From assembly GCA_012295275.1 (NCBI GenBank), contig CM022667.1, positions 11,904,001-11,968,000 on the forward strand: a stretch of DNA of 64,000 nt. Reading direction: 5' to 3'. How positions within the stretch are numbered: the first letter of the stretch is position 1; every line of letters starts with the position of its first letter. This DNA comes from Chrysomallon squamiferum. Taxonomy: Eukaryota > Animalia > Mollusca. The notes below the pieces were generated by a model that saw nothing but the letters and a program-made list of their open reading frames with translations, did not search any database and had not been told where the DNA came from. The translations under genes and the position numbers were made by a program. This document shows, one piece after another, positions 52,306 to 64,000 of this stretch.

Positions 52306-53427
52306 ATAAAAATAAAATAAAAAAAAAAAATAAAATAAAATCAATGTTTCATTATACCATGACTGACAGTATCCCATGCAGTACCCCAAACATAGAAAAT
52401 CAATGAACATCTACGAGTGGTATTATTAAACAACGGTTTCGCAGAAACTGGTGTCTTAAAATTAAAAAGTGTGATAAATGTTTGACACCCAATAATTCAG
52501 TTGTAGAAAATCAATGTGTTTTAGTCGTGTCTAATTAAAGAATTGACTCCAACATTTAATAAAAAAAAAAAAAAATAAAAAATAAATAAAAATAAATTAA
52601 TTTGTTCTAGTGGTATATATCATTTAAACAAATATTTGACCAGCGATGTTATTAAGCAAACATTGTCTGTAGTGGTTTCATGATCAATATCTGACTTGGA
52701 TCAGATAAAGGTAGAAAAGGTAATCGATGCATTCTAGTGACGTCTTTGAACAAAACCAATAGAAACATTTTTATTGGTATAATATCAAGATTGAGGAAGT
52801 GTGTTTGACTTCAGAGGATAATGAGAATTCATATCAATAACATTTCTAATCCTAACTTTTGCGATCAAAGAGTGGAAATTTGTAAACAAATCTTTTGACT
52901 GCATTATTTCAGAGGAAAAGATACTCATTTCTGAGGTAGGACAGCCTACATTTAACACCACAAAAAGGCTTTAATAAACCAATAGTTTTGAATTTTGATT
53001 ATTCTGAAAGGTGTTCGGGCGTAACGATATTTTCAATATGTACTGAAACTGGAAAAGAACTGGATAAACGGTGCCATTTTGTTTTTAATCATAATCTTTA
53101 AAGACCAACATCGACTGACTGTGAATATACATAAACAACATCGCAATTTAATAACTATAAATAAATAAATAAATAAATAAATAAAAAAAACAAACTAAAC
53201 GACCTTTGGTAAGTGCACTCAATACACTAGTGTTTTTACGATTTGTGGGTTTTTTTAACTAAATTTTCAGATGACGTCACTGGCACCATTTTGAGCGAAG
53301 CAGTCAGTTCTGTCGTAGAATATGACGGAAATTTTATACATTAGAATATTGATTTTTAATTCATGTCGTAAAAATTCGTGTTTTGTAATAACCGTTTGGA
53401 ACCTTATCATGAACAGAAAAGTGACAC

Positions 53428-53595
53428 TTTAGAACAATCACAAAAATGACTCTTTAGAACAGTCACAAAAATGACTCTTTAGAATAGTCACAAAAATGAC
53501 TCTTTAGAACAGTCAAAAAATGACTCCATAGAACAGTCACAAAAATGACTCTTTAGAATAGTCACAACAGTCACTCTTTAGAAGAATCACAAAAG
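53428..53595 (+). repeat. 25-bp minisatellite, ~6.7 copies (TTTAGAACAGTCACAAAAATGACTC)
   Basis: Directly visible tandem units. Confidence 0.92.
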
Positions 53596-53670
53596 TGGAT
53601 GTGTGATTCAGTGTGGGTAAGGAAAATTTAAAGTTATGTTTTGAATTTAATTAAATATGACTCATGTTGA

Positions 53671-53705
<35 letters not shown>

Positions 53706-53714
53706 GAATAATAA

Positions 53715-53745
<31 letters not shown>

Positions 53746-53767
53746 AATACCACTAACGCAACCACGT

Positions 53768-53998
53768 CTACTACTACTACTGCTATTCTACTACTACTGC
53801 TATTACTACTACTACTACCACTACTTCTAATACTGCTACTACTACTACTACTACTACTACTACTCCTACTACTACTATTATTACTACTACTTCTAATGCT
53901 AATACTATTACCACTACTACTACTATTTCTACCACTACTACTATTACTACTACTACTATTACTACCACTACTACTACTATTACTACTACTACTACTAT

Positions 53999-54039
<41 letters not shown>

Positions 54040-54040
54040 T

Positions 54041-54096
<56 letters not shown>

Positions 54097-54169
54097 TTAC
54101 TACTACTACTATTACTACTACTACTACTACTATTACTACTACTACTACTATTACTACTACTACTACTAT

Positions 54170-54231
<62 letters not shown>

Positions 54232-54440
54232 TTACTACTATTACTACTATTTCTACTACTACTACTGCTATTACTACTACTACTACTACTACTACTATTA
54301 CTACTACTATTACTACTACTATTACTACTACTACTACTACTATTACTACTACTACTACTATTACTACTACTACTACTACTATTACTACTACTACTACTAT
54401 TACTACTACTACTACTATTACTTCTATTTCTACTACTGCC
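53768..54440. repeat. ~670-bp (CTA)n/(TTA) trinucleotide microsatellite
   Basis: Directly visible; source of the poly-Leu/poly-Val ORFs. Confidence 0.96.
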
Positions 54441-55322
54441 ACACTATTATTTCTACGTGTTAACTGTTTATCGAAATAACCAGACTATTTGCGGAAAGTT
54501 AATCTGAACACAGAAATATTTTAAAGGCAACAGGTTTTCACAACAACTTAAATTAATTTAAAAACAACAAACCCATAATAATAATATCAATAAAAATGTT
54601 TCACATACATACATACACTCAGAAAGCATACATACATACACACAGAAAGCATACATACAGACACACAAACAGACACACAGAGTCTAATCAGGCGTACGTA
54701 AGACAGATAACATTTAATCGTAAAACACATACATAAATAAAAACATAAATACAAACACTATTGCACACACACATACATACACATATATATGTACATATAT
54801 ATACACAATATGCAAACACACACACGCGCGCGCATGCTCATATACATTTTAGTCAAAGGTAAAAATTACCTCACGTATGTGTGTAACTGTATGTGTCTTT
54901 GCATGAACGTTTATAAGAATTAATTGTAAGAGTGCGGTGCTGTTTTTTTGCTGTGATTTTTCTCATCTGACTGTTTTCATGGTTAGTTGCCCCTCCTTCG
55001 TGTCAGCGAGTGATTATCAAAGGAAATGCAAGCATGAAATATTAAAAATAATAATAAAATAATAATAATAATGTGACCCGTTTTGCGTTATTCACCCGCA
55101 AAGTCTTTACCACAGTTTCATTCACCCATGACTATATTTTCAAGGATAAGAAAAATTAAAAAAACTACTACCCCGAAAAAAAAAAAAAAAAAACCCAAAC
55201 AAAAACAAAATAAACTATTTATTCTTCGTGTGTTTATTTTATTGAAATTTCTAAACATCGTAGAAAACACGAAACAAAATAATTTAACGATTAGAATTGT
55301 TTTTCTAGTTTAAACGTAAGTT

Positions 55323-55588
55323 GTTGGATGTGTTGGTACTTGCTTTAAATTGTCATGTGAATAATCAAATCCAGTGATAGAACGTTAATAAATTCTGATG
55401 GTGTCGTTAAACAACGCTTGCCATCAGTATTCAGTTGTATAAAATCATTTAATGTATTCCACTGGCGTCGTTCAACAATGTTTTGACATCAGCATTCAAT
55501 ACATTAAAAAAAAATAAAAATAAAAATATATTCCAGTGGTGTTATTAACCAATGTTATTTAATAGCAATAGATATCCAGGATGTGAAT
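55323..55588 (+). repeat. Direct copy of 51975-52241 (loop plus part of the right arm of the hairpin element)
   Basis: Near-identical GTACTTGCTTTAAATTGTCATGTGAATAATCAAATCCAGTGATAGAACG...CCAGGATGTGAAT. Confidence 0.88.
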
Positions 55589-55654
55589 GTGTATAATGTT
55601 TGCGAGCGGGAGTGAAAATCAATGTGTAAGAGGATTAAATATATTTATTTTTTT

Positions 55655-55689
<35 letters not shown>

Positions 55690-55738
55690 TGTTTGTGTGT
55701 GTTTATATATATATATATTAAATAAAAATGAATAAAAT

Positions 55739-55859
<121 letters not shown>

Positions 55860-56519
55860 CAACAGAGATTTACTGATTTGGATTAATTATTTAGTGAACC
55901 TTTTTCTGCTGAGAACAATCAAAGAATAGCTTGTTTTTGTTTTTTTATATATTTTATTTTTTAATTTTTAATTTTTTTTTGATTTTCAGTATGTACGTTA
56001 TTATTATTATTATTATTTTTTTTTTTATAAAAAGATAGTTTTATTTGAAATCATTTTTATTGCGTTCATTTCTAAATATTAATACTGGGATTTTATATTT
56101 TTATTATTTTATTTTAATAATTTCTAATTTTGCATTGTCATTTTTTTAAGTAAAAAAAAATATCAGTGTAGTAATAAAAACAGATGTTCTTGATGACTTT
56201 CATGTTAATATTAAAATATATATCTTTATCACGCTAATTAAAGTGCTAAAAAAAAATGGTCTAAATACATTCTGCATACTTCCAATTAATGTTTTGTTTA
56301 TTTAATTTTCTTTCACGTTTTATGGACCTAATTAAAATGAATCTTCGGTGATAAAAAAAAAAAAAAAAAAAAAAAAAATAGTATAAAATCTATTCTGCAT
56401 ACTTCCAGTTAATGTTTTATATTTTCTTTCACGTCCAGTCTTAATTAATAATGAAGAATAACAACAAAAGAGTATGAATATAAACTATCGTCTTAGTGTG
56501 GCTTCTGCACGATTTCAGG

Positions 56520-56553
<34 letters not shown>

Positions 56554-58418
56554 CGGCTAAGAGTAATAAATATGATGTATGTCATGATGACGCGACTTGA
56601 AATTTGAAACGGCCTTATAATCTTGTAAAAAATAATATCGTGAAATGTATAAAGAATTATATTCAGTCATTTACTCAGTCATTTTATCATGTATGATCCA
56701 TCTATCTATCTGCCTCTACGTTTCATTTATTCACTTGCACGTTACGTCTCTACGCCAATCATTTGTCTGTCTTTACGTGTCGTCATCTGCTTGTATTTTT
56801 TGTCATTTATCTACCTGTACATTTCATTATCTACTTGTATAATTTCATCCACGTGCCGGTATATTTCATTTACCTACCTGAATGTTTGATCTTTTCTAAC
56901 AGTAGGTATCGTCCGATTTGTTGTATGCTTCATCCATTTAGCTGTACGTTTTATCTGTCCATGTTTAATGAGAAAATCCGATATCGTAGCTCGTTTTGTG
57001 AGGCGTGGAAGTGTTAGTTTACACTCAACCTCGCTGCAAAATCGTATTTATCCTCGTCTGGCCTAGGTTTGTAATAAGCAACTTGAAACGGTTATGTTTT
57101 GGGGCTCGTTATTGTCGATAATGCCAATACAGAATCAGGTGTTTATTTAACTGGTAATAAAAAATACTGCTGTTAATAACGATATCATTAAAATAACAAA
57201 TAATAATGACTGTGATAATAATAATAATAAAATACGCATGATTTCAGTAATTATGACTGTGAAGGATGTTTTTGTATTTTTTACGTGTGTACGTCATTCT
57301 GTTGTCTCAAAGCGTATAATTTATTTTTATTTGAAAATTTTTTCAGTCTTTCATTGACTGAGGCGAATTATTATTTACTTATTTGTTACACAAACACAGA
57401 TATATCGATGGCATATCTCTCCTGCTGTCTATGAAAAATAAAATTAGTTTTTAACAACAGCAAAATAAAAGAGGGACAAGCCTAGCACTTGTATGAACCA
57501 AACAAGTGTGTGAATAATTAAAAGCTTTCCTCTGTTTTGTTCTGCTTTCAGAATCTGTGCTTTGTTCACATCTTTATTACGACTCAGGAAAGAAGAGAAG
57601 AAAAGAAAAATAGACAGAGAAAACGTATCAAGCAATAAAAAACCCAGTCAAACCTTGCTTACGAATCAGGGTAAAAATAACAGACCCCCCCCCGAAATAA
57701 AAGTCAGGAAAAAAGTATCAAGTAAAAGAAACGAGACATTAATATAATTACCTCGTGTAGTATTCTTTAATGTATATATGTATATATGAGTATATATGTG
57801 TATATATGTACATCTATCTATCTATCTATCTATCGATATATATGTATACATACACATATCTATGTGTGTGTGTGTGTTTATATCTATATCTATATCTATA
57901 TTTTATTTATTTTATTTTTCTCATGTTTATTTGCTTGTTGATCACTTGGTTTGGTATGTATAAAAAGAAAGAAAAAAAAAAAATGGAAGAGAAAGTATTA
58001 AAAAAAAAGAGATAATAATGCATAAAAAAAACCCCAACCCTGTCAAACTAGCTGAACTGAATTCTGTATTCATTCGTTTATGTTAAAAATAAACAAGGGT
58101 TGACATATTACTACATACAACTAAAGCGATTGTTATCAGGTAATATGAGCAGCTCATGAGTGTCAGTAGTATGTAATGTCACGCGAACCTACATGTTTGG
58201 GATCACTCGGCGTGAACTGTTACGGAGGCCTCCTTCGCGGTGAGCGAGAACAGAGCACCATGCAACAACGTCAAAAACATTTAGAATTCTTAGCCGGTTA
58301 AACGGACATTCTGAGAACACGCGAAAGAACTTTTAGAGGATGTTCTAACGTCAATATTTAGTACTTCATTACGTCAGTCCTTTAACCTATGATTCTGTCA
58401 CTAAAATAGCTTTATCTT

Positions 58419-58494
<76 letters not shown>

Positions 58495-58561
58495 AATTAA
58501 AACAAAATTAAATCTCCACTGATTTTGTTGAAAAATTCACTCATTCAATCAAACATTTTCT

Positions 58562-58635
58562 TCAGAGGCGCCCCCTTCATTATGAGGGCCCCTTGAAGCT
58601 TAAGATTCATTAATTTCATAGTGGATCCGTCACTG
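58562..58635 (+). mobile_element. Probable right end of a non-autonomous hAT-like element
   Basis: GC-rich end GGCGCCCCC...GGGCCCC...TGGATCCGTCACTG (reverse complement CAGTGACGGATCCA, a CAG-starting terminus typical of hAT MITEs). No matching left end was found. Confidence 0.35.
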
Positions 58636-60089
58636 ACAGTGTGTTTGACTAGGGAGAAGTGTGAAGAATTATGTAACAGTAATAACCAAGTGCTGAAGAG
58701 CTAGGATGACGTAAAGAAGTAGTAGCTGCAACTTCTATGCTGATAATGTAACGCTCGTAAACATGTTGGTCTTCACTGTACTTAAAAGCGGTAATAGAAT
58801 TTCTACCGTGAGCATGTTGTTAGCAGAAAGGAATACTTTATATAAACCTTACCATAGAAGGAGGAATGTGCGAATCACTGGCTAGATCAGGTAATAACTC
58901 TAAGAATACACAGAGTAGGATAAATCCTGTTAGTAATGAAGCTTGAATTCATTGATTGTACACACATTATATAACTGTTTTAAACCCATAGAAATCGTTA
59001 TAATAATAATAATAATAATATTACATAAACATAACAACAACAACAATAATAATAATAATTAATAATAATCATAATAATAACATAATAATAATTAATAATA
59101 ATAATAATAATAACAACAATAACAAACAAACAAATAAGTAAATAAATAAATAAATAAATCGTATTTCTAGAGAACGAAGGATATCAAAATCCAAATGGAA
59201 AAAAGATATGGCGGAAAGAATAAATCAAAGAAAGAAATAAAAAAAACGAAAACACGGTTGGAACTTTAATATCAATGGCATATTAAACAGTAAAAGGAAA
59301 AATAAAAAACATATTTACATTTATCTACAATTCAAAATGAAAACCTAGTTTTATTAACCGTACGGGTTATTCGCCCAAACTTTCATGAACATATAATTAT
59401 TTTAAAAATGGTTAAATACTAGAAAAATAAAGAACAAAAACCTGGAAAACAGTTGCAACTAGAAATACAGAAAACAGAAAAGACACTAGACAAAAAAAAA
59501 AAAAAAAAAAAAAAAAAATCAATAAGAAAAAAAAGACAACAACTAATGGTGAAGAAACATAATAAATAAAACAAACAAACAAACAAACAAACAAATAAAG
59601 AAAGAAAACTAAAAAATTAAGAAAGAAAGAAAATGTCTTACCTTACTGTAAACTTCTTCCTTCACAGTAAATCTTTAAAATGTTCACTTTTTTTGTATGT
59701 GAATTACTAGACCACATCGTGTGCCACTGAGTAAAACGGAAACATGATTCAAACCGTCGAATGTGTCGCTTAAAAGGTCAGATTAAAAAAGATACAAAGA
59801 ACAGACAACACGAGTACAAGAGTTTAGTTTTACAGTCATACTTTAGTATGAGCTAATATTAGATCGAACGCAGTATTAAAATGATAAACTTGGAAATAAA
59901 AATAAAATAAAATAATAAAAAATTAACAAAAAAACACACACATTTATTCACACCGCCATTGATGTACATTTTAAAAGTCGTGTTTCTGGTTAAAGTTAAA
60001 AGTGTATGGAGTTAAAAGTGGATTTATTCTGAAGTTAAAACACAAATACCGGATTGAAAATGAAACGGAGTGTAGAAAATGTATAGGAT

Positions 60090-60397
60090 GGATTCACCGT
60101 AGAGTTAAGATTGGATTCACCGTAGCGTTAAGAGTGGATTCACTATAGAGTTAAGAGTGGATTCACCAGAGAGCTAAGAGTGGATACACCATAGAGTTAA
60201 GATTGGATTCACCGTAGCGTTAAGAGTGGATTCACTATAGAGTTAAGAGTGGATTCACCAGAGAGCTAAGAGTGGATTCACCAGAGAGCTAAGAGTGGAT
60301 ACACCATAGAGTTAAGAGTGGATTCACCATACAGTTAAGAGTGGATTTACCATAGAGTTAAGAGTGGATTCACTATAAAGTTAAGAATGGATTCACT
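60090..60397 (+). repeat. 23-bp minisatellite, ~13.4 copies (GGATTCACCATAGAGTTAAGAGT)
   Basis: Directly visible tandem units whose variants recur in order. Confidence 0.95.
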
Positions 60398-61000
60398 AAA
60401 AGCAAATTTACTAGAAATTATGAAAGTGTACAGAGTTAAAAAATAAAAATAAAATAAAAAATCGATTCAACATAAACTTAACATCAGAACTGGTTTCTGC
60501 ATAGCATCATAATTAAAAGCAAACAGCAATGGCAAGTATTTTAATAATGAATCCGGTTTCGTCATAAAGGCGCAGATCGGTGTTTGTCGACAATATTCGC
60601 CCTGACTGAAACATGCTGCTATTTAACAACCAGGATATGGCCCACTTTCATGACCTTGTCGCTACTACCTACATTCATAGGGTGAGGAAAAATGATCTCT
60701 TTTGTCTATGTGAAAGGTTGGGCAACTTTATATTCAGTCCATTAATTCAAGGAGAGGTTCTGGAACGCTTCGCTTCCTTGTTATTCGTAGTTGCAATTAT
60801 TTGAGTGGAATAGCTGAAGTAATATTTGCAGAGTGAAAGCAGCAGCAACAACAACAACAAAAATAACAATAACAACAAAAACAAATGATAATAATATAAT
60901 AGCAGTTGTAGTAGTAGTAGTAATAATAATAATAATAATTTACCTTTTTTTTTGTTATTGCAGTGTGTGTATATGTGTGTGTGAGAGACTTTTGTTTGTT

Positions 61001-61275
61001 CTGGTGCCGTTACAAATTGTCGTAAGAAAGGACCGTAGTCTTAAAATTGTCGTAAGAAATGACTGCAGTCTTAAAATTGTCGTAAGAAACGACTGCAGTC
61101 TGGTGCCGTTACAAAGTGTCGTAAAAAACGACTGCAGTCTTAAAATTGTCGTAAGAAACGACTGCAGTCTTAAAATTGTCGTAAGAAATGACTGCAGTCT
61201 TCAAATTTACGTAAGAAACGACCGTGGTCTTAAAATTGTCGTAAGAAACGACCGTGGTCTTAAAATTGTCGTAAG
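61001..61275 (+). repeat. 30-bp minisatellite, ~8.5 copies (AAATTGTCGTAAGAAACGACTGCAGTCTTA)
   Basis: Directly visible; the leader CTGGTGCCGTTAC occurs at 61001 and again at 61100. Confidence 0.95.
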
Positions 61276-62370
61276 TTACTACATGTATAATGACTGGTAA
61301 TTTGATCACGTAATCGGCAGCTCGTTTCACTATGCACTAAAATTCGCACGACCGTGACAACTGCAGGTGTAACAGACGAGGAAACAGAGATTTTACTGTT
61401 TGATTTCGTTAGCAGAAAACCTCCTGACTGCGTTCATTTTAAAACATTTAAAACAGATAATATTAACCATATGGCTAAGTATTACTACCGATTTGGCATG
61501 TTTCGTCTCAGAGATTATGTCCTGCAGACTGTAATCTTTTTCTTCTCCGTCTTTTTTTTTTTTTTTTTAATTTTCATATGCGTTAGATCCGCAAAAAGCT
61601 GTGTAAATATAAAGATGTCAAACCTCGTTCACACTAAAATCCCTTCTGAGAAGAGAATAATCCGTTGATCACCATGCTTATCTGTTATGGATTCGAAGGC
61701 TAGAAAAGTCCGGATTTTTCGTATTACTTTATGGATTTGCAATGAATAAGATAAACTTTCGACAATCGTTACTTTGTTGTTGCTTTACCCAAGCGATATT
61801 TTATGCTTATTGAATTTAGTATCCATATAAGAACTGAAAATACGATAATGGATTTTTAATGATAAATGTTGGGCCTCGAAGATTAGTCGATAATAACGAC
61901 AGGCAAAAATAAACTAAAAAAAAAAAATATATATATATATAATGTCGGGAAAAAAAAATTAAAACATTTTGTCAAATCATTCGTCTAAAAGAACGACATA
62001 TTTCGACGCGGAAAAGGGTAAATAAGCTTACAAAAGCTGTAGAATAAACTCGAAATTACGCGACACTGATTTTTTTTTTTTTTTTTTTTTGCTCTCCTCT
62101 GCCATCAGTTATTTCCAGATGAATGACATTCACAGCCATACATTTTGTATCATTTTGTTCGTCTTAGATTACACCATCGGAAAAGACTACGCGTTTCATA
62201 CAAGCTGCTGTAGTCACTTTGAAGGAATGAAAAGAATACTGCCGACTTCAACGTCACGGTTGTTTGGCTTACAATCACTGTAAAATTAGAGGTTCACGGT
62301 GCAGGTAATATAATAGTGAATTAGACGTTTGGAGCTTTGTCCGTCTCTATTTTCTGTATTTATGTTTCTC

Positions 62371-62405
<35 letters not shown>

Positions 62406-64000
62406 GTTGTTGTTGTTGTTGCTGTTGTTGTTATTGTTGTTACTGTTACTGTTATTATAATCATCATCGTCATCATAATTATTCTAAGAAAAAATGTAAT
62501 ACCACTGTTAAAGACGCCAAACCCTTTGATTAACCGATAAAAACAAAACAATAATAAGAATGTAACTGAACAGCACTTGTAACTGTAACCTATGCAATTA
62601 ACGTCGCAAATCAATGGCTTTAGTGATTTTTTTTTTGAACGAAACTCTTGTGTGAGCGCTGTGACTGCAGTGAGTTACGGTCGATATTACGATTTCTGTA
62701 GACAAAAGCGTTTAATTTACGATTACGTTAGATGCCGTTGGTTCTAATCAGCTGTGGTTTGTAATTGCAGTTTTCAGTGATCGTAAGTAAAGTGTACATG
62801 CTGAAGTCGCCTAATGGAACGAGCTATCGATTACAGTGGGAAATTACCTGTTCATTATTGTTACTTACGACCCTAGGAGCTGATTTTCAAAAGAAACCTA
62901 GAAATCTGATTTCGTTGCACCCCGAGTATTCAGAATAATCGTTACTGCATGATCCATGCATGATTTAAATTCTTCTGTGAGTGATATCATTAGTTCAAAA
63001 GTTTAATACCAAATCTGAGATTGCCGTGATTATTTGTTAAAAAAAAAAAAAAAATAAAAATATATTCTTGATCTGTCGAGGTTGAACAAGTCCACTGAAG
63101 AAGAAAATAAGAGTTATCCAGACCTCTTTGCTGTTTGCAATGCTCACCCATAACAGCTGAAACTTCAGGACCCTCAAAACGAAGGTCTACCACTGCATTT
63201 TATATGGAGATACAGAACTTACGAATTATTTTCTTTTACATATTTCTGCATACGTAGCTGTAAGCAATGGAATTTGTCATGTTTGCATGTTTTCATACAC
63301 AGCCTGAGTCCTACGACTGACTTATTCAAAGTCGTTGTGAACATCTTCCTGTATATGGGAAGGCGCGTATAAAAAAAGAAACTTTTTTTCTAATCGATAA
63401 GAATAACTCAGCAGGTTTCGTCTTTGACTGTAATAATAAAATGATACACTGTCACTAGCAACTGATAACTTCAAAACGTGTTGTCGAACTGGAAACCCGT
63501 GTGCTCGTTCTTTCATCCTTTTGTTCAGTCGTTTAATTTTTTTTTTCGTTAACTGATTCATTCTTTCGTTCATTCATTCATTCATTCGTTCGGTCATTTA
63601 TTCTGTTCTTTCATCCATTTCGTTCGTTCATAAGTTCGTACGTTCATCCACTCAGTGTGTTCGTTCACTCCTAGGTTCACTGATTACAACTGAAACACCG
63701 ATCAACCTGCACGGCCTGTATTTGTCGACTCCTGTGTTCTGCTCTGACGTTTATTTTTTTCAACAGTCCTTTAAAACCCACTTGAGATTTGTCAACTTAA
63801 ATATTTCATAGATGCCACGCCTACAGAATGTGTATCGCTTTCATGATTCAAGGTAATAAATTAATAATTTCTGAATCTGAGACACACAAAACAGCCGTTA
63901 ATAAATGTATGTAGAGCTTTTCTTTTGAAGTCTCTACGGAACGTGTGGGTGGTGCCCGGGACCAAGTCCTTGATTGTGTAGCCCCAAAGACTCAAGTGTA

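Noticed and set aside
60833-61300. 155-aa ORF with (KIVVRNDCSL)n repeats
   Set aside because: Open only because the 30-bp unit is a multiple of three. It has a GTG start, a microsatellite-derived N-terminus and no splice support.

Overview
AT-rich, intron- and microsatellite-rich animal genomic DNA (invertebrate, probably a mollusc or other lophotrochozoan; this is inference from composition and gene content). The first ~28 kb is a compact cluster of housekeeping genes in strictly alternating orientation. I assembled them by hand with GT-AG junctions and consistent intron phases: RBM39/Caper (+, 11 coding exons, 570 aa), NOP2/NSUN1 (-, single exon, 669 aa), NEDD8 (+, 5 exons, 77 aa), APRT (-, 4 coding exons, 180 aa) and PSMG2/PAC2 (+, 7 exons, 268 aa). 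A GT7-family beta-1,4-glycosyltransferase follows (-, 6 coding exons, 357 aa, 29796-38267). The last ~26 kb has no recognisable coding exon. It holds long microsatellites, a tRNA-derived SINE, MITE-like inverted repeats and four minisatellite arrays. The most interesting signal is a layered set of stop-containing candidate cassette exons in RBM39 introns 1-3. Two of them begin with the same AG|GTGACTCTT motif, which puts a stop codon one base into the exon and also resembles a recursive splice site. Other leads: the intronless NOP2, a Tyr (Gal-type) specificity residue in the invertebrate GT7 enzyme, a SINE embedded in its own tail microsatellite, a 100-bp hairpin, and a sharp CpG/microsatellite domain boundary near 28.6 kb. 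No CRISPR array or prokaryote-type system is present.
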